A DNA stretch of 27,299 nt, from positions 1 through 27,299 of the IMG/VR virus record IMGVR_UViG_3300036940_000134, one strand, 5' to 3'. Position 1 is the first letter of the stretch, and every line of letters starts with the position of its first letter. This document shows, piece by piece, positions 16,118 through 25,205 of the stretch. Below the pieces are notes generated by a model. It had not been told where the DNA came from and ran no database searches. It saw only the letters and a program-made list of their open reading frames with translations. This stretch comes from a virus. Its lineage: Duplodnaviria > Caudoviricetes. A program made the translations under genes and the position numbers.

Positions 16118-17266
16118 ATGCAATTTGATTTTATGGAGACAAATGAAACATCGCTAGATTTATTTGACTACTCAATAAGAATAATGGGTGAGGCAGGAGT
16201 TGGCAAGACTTCTCTGTTCCATTCATTGGTTACAGAGTTTGCAAAAGAAACAGGAAATAAAAACATAGGAATATTATTACCATTAGAATTAGGATATACT
16301 TCTCTAAATGGATTGAATGTATTCAAATTAACAGACCCAAAGACAGGACTAAAAAAAGACACTCTTACAAGTTGGAAAGAAGTTAAGCAAGCTGTAGACA
16401 CTCTAGTTATGGCTAAAAAGCAAGACCCAAACTTTCCTATTAAAATAGTAGGGATTGATACAACTAGTAGACTAGAAAAGTATGGAATGAAAGAAATAGA
16501 GAATATTCATTTCAATGAAACAGGTGTAAATGCCCCGTTTAATGCTTGCTGGAAAGGGTATGGAATTCCACATAATAAGTTAAAAGCTATGATGACTGAG
16601 GATATTATAGATAAACTTAGAAATGCTGGATTTGTACCATATTACATCTCACACTCAAGAATGAAACAAAAGAAAACTAGAAACACAGGTGAAGAATATA
16701 TGTATGTTGGCCCATCTACAGGAGATGGATTTGATGAAGTTATACTTAACGATTGTGACTTTTCTCTAGTGTATGCACTTGAGAGAAATATTATTAATAA
16801 GCAAGAGGTAGTTGGAGATAGAGTTATTAAGCTTAGAAACGATGATGAATTTAAAGGTGCTAAAGCTAGATTCCAAGATGCGCCTAGCGAATTCAAGGCT
16901 GGGAATAGTGCTAGCGAAACAGCAGGTATATTTATTGATATATTTAAAAAAGCTGTTAAATCTGCATCGGGGATAGAGGATGATACAGTATTAGAAGCTA
17001 AGAAAGTTGAGCAAATCACAGAGCATAAAAAGAAAGAGGAAATTAAGATCGAGTCACTAAAACAAGAAGATGCTCAATCTGAGGACAATATCATCAAATC
17101 TAAATTAATTGCTTGGATAGAATCTAGCATAACTAGAATGGATGATTCTGCTGTACAATGGTTGAATGATTTAAAACCATCATACCAAGAGGCAATTAAG
17201 GCTTCTGATATGGGAACTATAGGTCAAATTATGACATATCTAGGATACGATGCTAATGGAAACTAA
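16118..17266 (+). CDS. AAA_24/Sak4-like P-loop ATPase (putative annealing recombinase)
   Basis: Walker A GEAGVGKTS, ELGY, Walker B IVGIDT, WKGYG, YISH, GAKARF. Confidence 0.82.
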   Translation: MQFDFMETNETSLDLFDYSIRIMGEAGVGKTSLFHSLVTEFAKETGNKNIGILLPLELGYTSLNGLNVFKLTDPKTGLKKDTLTSWKEVKQAVDTLVMAKKQDPNFPIKIVGIDTTSRLEKYGMKEIENIHFNETGVNAPFNACWKGYGIPHNKLKAMMTEDIIDKLRNAGFVPYYISHSRMKQKKTRNTGEEYMYVGPSTGDGFDEVILNDCDFSLVYALERNIINKQEVVGDRVIKLRNDDEFKGAKARFQDAPSEFKAGNSASETAGIFIDIFKKAVKSASGIEDDTVLEAKKVEQITEHKKKEEIKIESLKQEDAQSEDNIIKSKLIAWIESSITRMDDSAVQWLNDLKPSYQEAIKASDMGTIGQIMTYLGYDANGN

Positions 17267-17468
17267 GCTTGTGCAATTAGAAATAGTTGATATGGAAGTG
17301 CTAAGTGAGGACGAGTTGAATAATAGAGTTGAAGATATAGTAATTTAAATTGAGGAATTTGAAGATACTTATACTCGTGATAGTTGCATAGCCATATCTA
17401 AACTATATTTAGAATTGGGAGAATATTTAAACATTATGAATAAGTCTGAGAATGTATTATTAAACTAA
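17256..17468 (+). pseudogene. Small hypothetical ORF with a single in-frame TAA (17346-17348)
   Basis: METKLVQLEIVDMEVLSEDELNNRVEDIVI*IEEFEDTYTRDSCIAISKLYLELGEYLNIMNKSENVLLN*. Overlaps the ATPase end and stops right before a terminator. Confidence 0.6.
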
Positions 17469-17472
17469 AGAT

Positions 17473-17500
17473 GGGAGGTGTAAAAACCTCTCTTCCTTTT
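17473..17500 (+). terminator. Rho-independent terminator
   Basis: GGGAGGT-GTAAAA-ACCTCTC followed by TTCCTTTT. Confidence 0.65.
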
Positions 17501-17509
17501 GCTAAAAAA

Positions 17510-17538
17510 TTGACATAACACAATAACTATGTTATAAT
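17510..17538 (+). promoter_or_regulatory. Consensus sigma70/sigmaA promoter
   Basis: TTGACA-17 nt-TATAAT, TATG extension. Confidence 0.8.
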
Positions 17539-17555
17539 ACTTTCGGAGGTGTTAA

Positions 17556-18074
17556 ATGGAAGTAAAGTGTAAAGGTTGTGGTAAGCAGATAGAACGTGAC
17601 GAGGCTTACAAGGTCATAGAGAAAGGTAAAAATTCTTACTACTGTAATGAATCGGAGTATGAGGTTGTAGTAGCTGAGAATGGTTATAAGGCACTCACAA
17701 TGGATTTAATGTTAGAGATTAGTGGATTAAGGAAATTATCAACCCAATCTACTATACTGATTAATAGTTTGAATAAAAAGATTGTTAATAAATATGGTAG
17801 CAATGAGGTATTGTATAACACAATCAAATCTAATATGAAATTAATAATGGATTTAATAGATGAGAATTGTATTATTAATGGTGGAGATAGGGTTAAATAT
17901 GCTTTAGCTGTCCTAGATAGGCATATTGATGATGGTGTTAAGATGATGAGAAATAATAAGAAAAATAAGAGTGTAGAGTATAATGATAATGCTGAATATT
18001 CTATGCCATATATAAAAAGAAAAGGCAAGAGTGATATAAGTGCGATATTGAAAAAAATGGGGGAGATTGAGTGA
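17556..18074 (+). CDS. N-terminal Zn-finger protein upstream of DnaB (possible helicase loader)
   Basis: VKCKGCG...YYCNESEY; C-terminal DISAIL; overlaps the dnaB start (GTGA). Confidence 0.6.
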   Translation: MEVKCKGCGKQIERDEAYKVIEKGKNSYYCNESEYEVVVAENGYKALTMDLMLEISGLRKLSTQSTILINSLNKKIVNKYGSNEVLYNTIKSNMKLIMDLIDENCIINGGDRVKYALAVLDRHIDDGVKMMRNNKKNKSVEYNDNAEYSMPYIKRKGKSDISAILKKMGEIE

Positions 18075-20566
18075 GTTATAATTTTGTTACAAGCAATGGT
18101 ACTTTAAAAGAATATCCCGAAAATCTGACTTCCAACAGAGCTAGTATAGAAGGTAAATTGATAGGTTGTTTAGCTAGTGACTTGTCTCTATTCTTAAACT
18201 GTTCGGGAATCAAGGCTAGTAGTATGCTTACAGAAGAAGGAAAGACATTATTTGCTGTGCTACATAAGGTATATGAGAAGGGTGCTAGTGAAGTAGATCT
18301 GTCTATTATAGATACAGTATTATCGGATTCACAAGTACTGAGAAGTGAATTCATAAAGTGCAATGGATATCAAGCTATAAAGAATTTAGAGAAGGAAATA
18401 AGTCAGACTAACTTTGATACATATCTATCAGACTTCTCTACTAGTAATTCTGCATTAGAAACTTATAAATTAACAGTAGAATTGCAAGAAAAGTTAGAGA
18501 GTATGACTAAAATTATGAACCAAGATGAACTGTCGTCATATGTGGATTATAAAGTTAACGAGATTAGAAAAAATAATGTGGCTGATACAGGGGTACAAAC
18601 CATATCTATCACCGATCAGTTTCTGCAAGATTTGAGAGAGAAGAAAAAAATGGGAACTCCATATGATGGATTGAGAACTATTTCTAATACAACTTTAGGG
18701 TTACATATGAGTAACTTTTCCCTGTTGACATCAGTAACTAACTCTGGGAAAGCACAACCATTAGATGCAAAAGTTTTAACTAGAGATGGATTTAAAGAGA
18801 TGAGAGAGTTAAAAGTTGGAACTGAGATATATGGTGAAGATGGTAAATTATATAAAGTTAAAAACATAATGCCACAAGGGAAATTGAGAGCGTTTAAAGT
18901 TAAATTTTCAGATGGGGCGGAAACTATATGTAATGATAAACATCTGTGGAATGTAAGTGACAGTGAACGCAAAAAATATCAAACTCGTGAATTAAGAGAT
19001 ATAATGAATATTAAGTATACGAATAGATATATACAGAAAAATAACCCTATTGAATTTGACAAGAAAGAGTTGCCTATTCCTCCATATCTATTAGGAGTAT
19101 TAATAGCAGATGGGCATCTAAGTGGCAATACAGTGACTTTTAGTACCGATGAAGAATATATAGTAAATAAAGTTAAAAGTTTAATACCCGAAGATTACCA
19201 TGTAAAAAAACAAAAAGGTGACAATTATGGGTATTCTATAAAACATAACGATCATTTAAGAAATAAAAATATATTAAATCAGCATATTAAAGCAATGGGA
19301 TTAAAAGTAAAGAGTTATGATAAATTTATCCCTAAAGAATATTTATATGCAAGCAAGGAAGATAGATTAGAATTATTGAGAGGTTTGTTTGATTGCGATG
19401 GGTGTGCAAGCAAAACTATATCGAATCTAATGTATACAACAACATCAACTAGATTAAAAGATGATATGATATGGTTATGTAGAAGTTTGGGGTATAGTGT
19501 TAAATATGGAGTTGACCCTAGAAGTGAAAAATACACATCGGGTGTATGTTATAATATATCAATAAAGCATGTTGCTGGACAAGATAGATTTTTTACTAGT
19601 CCAAAACATACAAGTAGATATAAAGAATCCAATAAATATTTAGAGCAAAGGCATCATTTTAAAGAGATAATTGATCTAGGGTACGATGTAGAAATGCAAT
19701 GTATAGAAACAACAAATCCTAGTGGATTATACATTACAGATGACTTTATTGTAACTCATAATTCTACCATAATGTTTAATCAAATAGCTATGAGTTTTGT
19801 TGATTTGGGCGAACCTGTGTTGTTGTATTGCAATGAATCAGAAGAGCATCAAATACAAGAACTTCTACTAGTCAGAACGCTATGTTTAAAATTTAATTAT
19901 TGGAAGTTGAACAGAAATGATTTATCTAAGGGAGAATTTAGTCCCGAACAGGAAATTATGATAGAAAAAGCTAGGCAATATGTTGATGAACATTATAAAG
20001 ATAAAATATTATTCAAAAAGGCTAATAAGTATACAGTTAGTGAGTTCTTATCTATAGTGCGTAGATATGCTTACAGAGGGGTTAGGCACGTATTCCTAGA
20101 CACGTACAAATCCGAGAACCCATCTAGTGACAATGTTAGAGGGGAACTAATAGATAGTTCTAGAAGGATATATGAGACTTGTAGGACATTAGATATAAAC
20201 TGCTTTGCTACATATCAGACAGCTCTTAGACATAAGGAAGTGCAGAAGAGAGGGTTGGATGAGTCAATTCTATCAGAAGCCAAGTCTATTGCAGAGGTGT
20301 TGGATATAATCTTAGCTTGTAGACAACTATATGATAATGAATATACAGGTGAGAAATATGATGTCAAGCCTTATAAGTGGAAAATGAATGATGATGGAAA
20401 GGGGTATCATCAAGAATATATTACATTAGACCCAACTAAGAAATATTTAGTTATGAATATTGCGAAGTCAAGATATGGAGAAAAAAATGTTGCTGTACTA
20501 TATGAAATGAATTATACATGGGGACTATTAAAAGAAATAGGACAATGCTATGTGCATATAGATTAG
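18071..20566 (+). CDS. dnaB: DnaB-like replicative helicase containing an intein
   Basis: N-terminal IEGKLIGCL, Walker A TNSGK|ST (split), YCNE, Walker B VFLDTYK, TYQ, SEAKSI, IAKSRYG. About 494 aa after splicing. Confidence 0.9.
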   Translation: MSYNFVTSNGTLKEYPENLTSNRASIEGKLIGCLASDLSLFLNCSGIKASSMLTEEGKTLFAVLHKVYEKGASEVDLSIIDTVLSDSQVLRSEFIKCNGYQAIKNLEKEISQTNFDTYLSDFSTSNSALETYKLTVELQEKLESMTKIMNQDELSSYVDYKVNEIRKNNVADTGVQTISITDQFLQDLREKKKMGTPYDGLRTISNTTLGLHMSNFSLLTSVTNSGKAQPLDAKVLTRDGFKEMRELKVGTEIYGEDGKLYKVKNIMPQGKLRAFKVKFSDGAETICNDKHLWNVSDSERKKYQTRELRDIMNIKYTNRYIQKNNPIEFDKKELPIPPYLLGVLIADGHLSGNTVTFSTDEEYIVNKVKSLIPEDYHVKKQKGDNYGYSIKHNDHLRNKNILNQHIKAMGLKVKSYDKFIPKEYLYASKEDRLELLRGLFDCDGCASKTISNLMYTTTSTRLKDDMIWLCRSLGYSVKYGVDPRSEKYTSGVCYNISIKHVAGQDRFFTSPKHTSRYKESNKYLEQRHHFKEIIDLGYDVEMQCIETTNPSGLYITDDFIVTHNSTIMFNQIAMSFVDLGEPVLLYCNESEEHQIQELLLVRTLCLKFNYWKLNRNDLSKGEFSPEQEIMIEKARQYVDEHYKDKILFKKANKYTVSEFLSIVRRYAYRGVRHVFLDTYKSENPSSDNVRGELIDSSRRIYETCRTLDINCFATYQTALRHKEVQKRGLDESILSEAKSIAEVLDIILACRQLYDNEYTGEKYDVKPYKWKMNDDGKGYHQEYITLDPTKKYLVMNIAKSRYGEKNVAVLYEMNYTWGLLKEIGQCYVHID
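18752..19762 (+). mobile_element. Class 3 (Ala1, WCT) intein with LAGLIDADG homing endonuclease (337 aa) in the DnaB P-loop
   Basis: Starts AQPLDAKV; block B CNDKHLW (Trp), block F MQCI (Cys), block G IVTHN|S (Thr); LLGVLIADG and LLRGLFDCDG. Confidence 0.92.
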
Positions 20567-20575
20567 GGAGGGTAA

Positions 20576-21586
20576 ATGGCAGATATTGTTAAGATGAAAT
20601 TGAGTAACAATAAAGAATTAATAATAGAATTACTAGAAAAGTATGGATTCTGCAATTTCTCTGGAAGTGAATATCTGTCGTTTGCTTTCGATAATGAATC
20701 CACAGGTAGCTGTAAGCTCAACATAGAGACGCTACACTTCAACAGGTGGTCTACAGGTGATTCGGGTGATATAATTACAGCCATAATGCTCAAGACAGGG
20801 CTATCTTTCAAAGAAGCCTTGTCTGAGTTAAGGTGTTATCTAGGCATATCAGATGAAATGTGTAGCATGACTAAGGTGGATGTAAAAAAACAATCTGAAT
20901 TATTCTGTGGATTATTATGTAATATGGAAGAGTTACGTGGTGAGAAAATATACACAGCTAGAGAAGTAGATAGGTTTGAACCTATTATATCTACTGTATT
21001 TAGACAGGATGGGATTAATATATTTACACAACATGAGTTTGATATTAGATATGATAAGAATACAGATAGAATAGTTATATTGTGGAAAGACTTACAGGGG
21101 AATGTGGTAGGTTGCAATGCTAGATCGAATTATGATTTTAGCGATGATTATAAATATAAATATATCAGCTTATTACAATTTCACAAATCTAACTTCCTAT
21201 ATGGATTATATGAGAATCAACATAATATTAGAAATGATGGCATAGCATTTATATTTGAGGCAGAGAAGAGTGTATTACAATGTGCCAGTTTTAATATGAG
21301 AAATGCTGTATCATTGGGATGTTCAACTATAAAGAAAGAACAGGCTATGCTATTGAAAGATTGCAATACAAAGAAGATAGTATTAGCGTTTGATGAAGGT
21401 ATTGAATATTTGCATTATGTTAATACTGCATCCAAGATTAAAGAGTGGTTAGAGAATGTTGAAATTTATATGTTATACGATAAGAATAATGAATATTTAG
21501 AAAGAGGGAGTAAGAATTCACCTGTGGATTTAGGTGAGAATGTGTTTAATGAATTACTTAAAAAGTGTTTGACAAAATTAATGTGA
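20576..21586 (+). CDS. DnaG-like TOPRIM DNA primase
   Basis: GDIIT...GLSFKEAL, RIVI...GNVVG..AR, KY, FLYGL, FEAEKS, AVSLG, VLAFDEG; directly after dnaB. Confidence 0.88.
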   Translation: MADIVKMKLSNNKELIIELLEKYGFCNFSGSEYLSFAFDNESTGSCKLNIETLHFNRWSTGDSGDIITAIMLKTGLSFKEALSELRCYLGISDEMCSMTKVDVKKQSELFCGLLCNMEELRGEKIYTAREVDRFEPIISTVFRQDGINIFTQHEFDIRYDKNTDRIVILWKDLQGNVVGCNARSNYDFSDDYKYKYISLLQFHKSNFLYGLYENQHNIRNDGIAFIFEAEKSVLQCASFNMRNAVSLGCSTIKKEQAMLLKDCNTKKIVLAFDEGIEYLHYVNTASKIKEWLENVEIYMLYDKNNEYLERGSKNSPVDLGENVFNELLKKCLTKLM

Positions 21587-21597
21587 TGTGTTATAAT
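21569..21597 (+). promoter_or_regulatory. Consensus sigma70/sigmaA promoter
   Basis: TTGACA-17 nt-TATAAT, TGTG extension, upstream of nrdJ. Confidence 0.8.
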
Positions 21598-21630
21598 AAG
21601 CTATATTAAATAATAACTAGGGAGGAATGG

Positions 21631-23844
21631 ATGATAAAAGTAAGACAAGATATATTGGATTGGGTTGGAGGCTCGGAGTTGGGCTATAAAATAGCTACTG
21701 AAAAATACTTCCAAGATAATGAAACACTAGACGAGTTTTGTAGAAGAGTTAGTGGAAATAATGAATATGTAGAAAAATTAATAAAAGATAAAAAAGTGAT
21801 ATTCGGTGGTAGAATAATGGCAAATAGAGGCATTGACAATGGAATGTCTTTCTCAAACTGTGCCACTTCCGCTTACGTTAAAGATTCCATTATGGCGATA
21901 GGCGAATTACAAACCGATCTTATGAGAATGTATCAATCGGGACAAGGTGTAGGATTATGCTTATCAGACATAAGACCAAAAGGTGCTAGGGCTGGTAAGG
22001 GTGATAATACAACAGCAGGGGTGGTTCCATTTGCTAAAATATTTGATAATGCAACTGAAAATACGATGGCAGGAAGTAGTGGTAGGCGTGGTGCATTACT
22101 CCAAACATTAGGAATAGAACACCCCGACGCTTTAGAGTTTATAAGGATAAAAAAAGAAAACAAAGGCTATACTGGGAATCTATTGTCAACAAATATATCA
22201 ATGTATGTGACAGATAGATTTATGGAAAATTATATAAATGGCACAACATATAGAGCTGACTATATGGTTAGAGATACGGGTGAAATTATAAAACACACTG
22301 TCAATCCTATAGAAATAATGGATGCTATCATAGACAGACCCGAAAAGGCTTTTGACCCAGCATTGGTATTTGAGAATAGATTTAAAGATTATCACTTCTT
22401 TGGAGGCTCTGATAAAACCGACAAAATGTCACAGAATGGATGTAACGAAATGGTCGGTGTGGATGGTGCAACTTGCCTATTGGCTACTATGAATTGGTCT
22501 GCTTATGTTGTGAACCCATTTACAGAAGATGCTTATTTTAATTATGAATCATTCTCAAATGATGTGCGTGAAGTAATAATGGAGATGGATACTATATTGG
22601 ATGAAGGTGTCGATAGAAATCCATTAGAAAAGCAAAAACACATTGCTAAAGAGTGGAGAAATCTTGGCTTGGGAATAACGGCTTTAGCAGATTGTCTTAT
22701 AGCGTTAGGATTAAGATATGGCTCAGATGAGGCTATAGAGTTCACAAATAATACTACTAGCTGTATGAGAGAGTGTTGCATAGAAGCTTCACTGCATATG
22801 GGTAAAACTAGAGGGCAATCGCAAACTATACTCGAAATGGAATCTGAAATGGAATCTAAAGGAATTTCTTACATTAAAGGTTTGAGAAACTGTGCTTTAA
22901 TGGCTCACGCCCCTTCGGGAACGGGGTCAACGATGCACTCACTATCTACTGGAATAGAGCCAGTATTCCGTTCTGAGTATATTAGATCAGTAACTAAAGA
23001 TGGGATTAGAGGGGAATATGAAAACTTTATAGTAAAACATCCCCAAATACAAAAGTGCATAGAAATGGGTGGTAACATAGAGGCGTGTGTAGACTCTAGG
23101 GATGTGACACCATTAGAAAAAGTTAAAATGTTAGAAGCTATACAGAAGCATACTGATATGTGTTCATCTAACACTACGAATCTTAAAAAAGGTGTAACAT
23201 GTGAAGAAATAAAAGAGATGTATGTTGAAGCATGGAAACGTGGGGTTACATCAATGAGTATATATGTAGACGGGTCGTTAGATGGCGTGTTAAATGATGT
23301 AGGCAAGACAGATGATAGCGTTGTATTAGATAGAGGCATTATGTCACTAGTACCAAACGACACATATTATATACCTAGAAAAATAACTCATGGCTGTGGT
23401 GAGATGAAAGTTATGATAGGGTATTCCCAATCAATCGGAAAGGTTACTGATTGCTATGTCATTCCTAAGATGGGAAGTGGTTGCACTAAAAATATAACTG
23501 GCGAGGCAATATTAATATCTCAAGTGTTACGTCTAGGTGGCGATTTAAGAGATATTAAAGAGTCGGTTAAAGGAATAGAAGGATGCAATTCTTGCGTATC
23601 ATCTAGAATGAGAGGTAGGGCTGTAGATGGAATAAATTGTCCTAATATATTAATTGATGCTGTTATAGAAGTTCAAAATGAAATGGGTAATAATAAAATT
23701 GCAACTCCGATAGCAAAAGAGATTAAAGTGAAATCAAAAAAGAAGATTACAACTAAAACCACTTGCCCCGAATGTGGGGGGGGGATGGCTTCGATAGGCG
23801 GTTGCCAACAGTGTTATGATTGTGGCTATTCACATTGTAGTTAA
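21631..23844 (+). CDS. nrdJ: Class II (adenosylcobalamin-dependent) ribonucleotide reductase
   Basis: FGGR, SNC, GVG..LS.IRP.G, RRGA, HPD..EFI, NGCNE (NPCxE equivalent), CLL, R.LGLG, APSGT, GIEP, IYVDGS, TSCPD-like C-terminal domain (NCP), and terminal CPECG...GGC..C..CGYSHC. No nrdB nearby. Confidence 0.9.
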   Translation: MIKVRQDILDWVGGSELGYKIATEKYFQDNETLDEFCRRVSGNNEYVEKLIKDKKVIFGGRIMANRGIDNGMSFSNCATSAYVKDSIMAIGELQTDLMRMYQSGQGVGLCLSDIRPKGARAGKGDNTTAGVVPFAKIFDNATENTMAGSSGRRGALLQTLGIEHPDALEFIRIKKENKGYTGNLLSTNISMYVTDRFMENYINGTTYRADYMVRDTGEIIKHTVNPIEIMDAIIDRPEKAFDPALVFENRFKDYHFFGGSDKTDKMSQNGCNEMVGVDGATCLLATMNWSAYVVNPFTEDAYFNYESFSNDVREVIMEMDTILDEGVDRNPLEKQKHIAKEWRNLGLGITALADCLIALGLRYGSDEAIEFTNNTTSCMRECCIEASLHMGKTRGQSQTILEMESEMESKGISYIKGLRNCALMAHAPSGTGSTMHSLSTGIEPVFRSEYIRSVTKDGIRGEYENFIVKHPQIQKCIEMGGNIEACVDSRDVTPLEKVKMLEAIQKHTDMCSSNTTNLKKGVTCEEIKEMYVEAWKRGVTSMSIYVDGSLDGVLNDVGKTDDSVVLDRGIMSLVPNDTYYIPRKITHGCGEMKVMIGYSQSIGKVTDCYVIPKMGSGCTKNITGEAILISQVLRLGGDLRDIKESVKGIEGCNSCVSSRMRGRAVDGINCPNILIDAVIEVQNEMGNNKIATPIAKEIKVKSKKKITTKTTCPECGGGMASIGGCQQCYDCGYSHCS

Positions 23845-23851
23845 GAACATA

Positions 23852-23870
23852 GGTGGGTGCAATTCCCACC
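23852..23870 (+). terminator. GC-rich hairpin after nrdJ
   Basis: GGTGGG-TGCAATT-CCCACC; no plus-strand U-tract. Confidence 0.4.
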
Positions 23871-23897
23871 ACAATAAAATTAAATTAAGGAGAGTAT

Positions 23898-24200
23898 ATG
23901 GATGCAAGAGATATAGTTAAGAAGGGTAGACTTCATCACGTATTAAAATACAATGGTATAGAAATGGACTTGGATTTAATGGAAGATTTAGAAGTCTGCA
24001 TAGAGGGGAACATAAGAGAGCTTGTCTGTAGATTTGGCAATGGTAATAATGACATAGATATGATAAAAAATAGAATGAATAGTATTATGGCAGAAGCATT
24101 AGAGGTTATAATAATGGAATTGCATAATAATGACCCTAAATACGATATTACAGATCAAGAGGTTATATATGATACTGTGGAGGGGATTGTATATGAATAG
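23898..24200 (+). CDS. Hypothetical protein (100 aa)
   Basis: RBS AAGGAG. Confidence 0.75.
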   Translation: MDARDIVKKGRLHHVLKYNGIEMDLDLMEDLEVCIEGNIRELVCRFGNGNNDIDMIKNRMNSIMAEALEVIIMELHNNDPKYDITDQEVIYDTVEGIVYE

Positions 24201-24477
24201 ATTGAAATTATGGATTGAGAATATGCAATTAGATTTATTAGCTAGAAGTATAATTAGATTAGAGCAAGCCTTTGATAAAATGAATGGGAAATTATTGGAC
24301 GCCATCAATAAAGAGGAAGAGTTATACGAAGCCAATCTAAGAAGGAATGAATTAAAAATTATAGAAATAGAAGATTCGATAAATAAAGCTAGAAATGAAT
24401 GGGCAGATAGAAAGATGGAGTTAAATAACAAAAGAGAACATGTGCTGAAAGTTAAGAAAGTGTTAGGAGGGGAATAA
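24193..24477 (+). CDS. Coiled-coil hypothetical protein (about 94 aa)
   Basis: RBS GGAGGGG before ATG 24193; heptad pattern. Confidence 0.75.
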   Translation: MNRLKLWIENMQLDLLARSIIRLEQAFDKMNGKLLDAINKEEELYEANLRRNELKIIEIEDSINKARNEWADRKMELNNKREHVLKVKKVLGGE

Positions 24478-24488
24478 TCCCTCCTTTT
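24465..24488 (+). terminator. Rho-independent terminator
   Basis: AGGAGGGGA-ATAA-TCCCTCCT followed by TTT. Confidence 0.6.
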
Positions 24489-24503
24489 CATTAGGGGGGA
24501 GTT

Positions 24504-25205
24504 ATGACTAGAGAAGAATTTTGGTATTTATTGATAGACAGGTGCAACGAACCTTATATAAGTAAATTTGTAAACGACTTATCTAATATGAAAACAGGAA
24601 TTAGCAGAGATGATATCATAGCAGACTGTTATGTGTATTTCATAGAAGATAATTGCAAAAGGTTAAATAAAATACAGAATGAGAATGGTGCTAAAATTGC
24701 AATATTAAATAGATTTAGAAGGGTATATAGGGTATACAAAAAAAAGAATACTGGAATAGAAAATATTGATAATTATTTTACAGAGTATGAATTAATTAAA
24801 ATGAAAGAATTGCACTATACGGATTTCCAAAAGAGATTGGCTACATTTTTCCTAGAAAGAGTTAGGATGTTGGATCAATTAAATATAAACCACACAATGG
24901 ATTCCAACAAAAGACCCAATCGCTCTTGGTATAAAAAGGAAATCTCGTCTATAATATTTAAGACTGATAGAAAATATAGGACAGCTAGAGGTTTGAATGA
25001 TTTTATGGAATGGTGTCCTTTAGACGAAGATGAAAAGAATTTGTTATTGTATTTCAAGTCTAGTTCGAATAGAATAAAGAATTTCAATATATCTGACAAA
25101 TACCTAAGAGGAAGTAGAATAGATGACTATAAAGCTATTGGGTGTATGAAGGAAGTGTATGCTAGAATGATGGCAATAGTTTGGAGTGTTGACGATGGCA
25201 ATTAA
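24504..25205 (+). CDS. Hypothetical protein, possibly a divergent sigma-factor-like regulator
   Basis: SRDDIIADCYVYFIE...AKIAILNRFRRVYR resembles sigma70 region 2; PLDEDEKNLL resembles the start of region 4. Weak by-eye match. Confidence 0.4.
   Translation: MTREEFWYLLIDRCNEPYISKFVNDLSNMKTGISRDDIIADCYVYFIEDNCKRLNKIQNENGAKIAILNRFRRVYRVYKKKNTGIENIDNYFTEYELIKMKELHYTDFQKRLATFFLERVRMLDQLNINHTMDSNKRPNRSWYKKEISSIIFKTDRKYRTARGLNDFMEWCPLDEDEKNLLLYFKSSSNRIKNFNISDKYLRGSRIDDYKAIGCMKEVYARMMAIVWSVDDGN

Noticed and set aside
22834-22857. 12-bp tandem repeat (EMES EMES) in nrdJ
   Set aside because: In-frame micro-duplication in a variable region; no sign of function.
2536-24491. Other opposite-strand ORFs in the track (e.g. 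2536-2817, 3553-3786, 4998-5201, 8185-8409, 14341-14853, 16642-17019, 22905-23363, 24099-24491)
   Set aside because: They lie opposite well-supported genes and have shadow-ORF composition.
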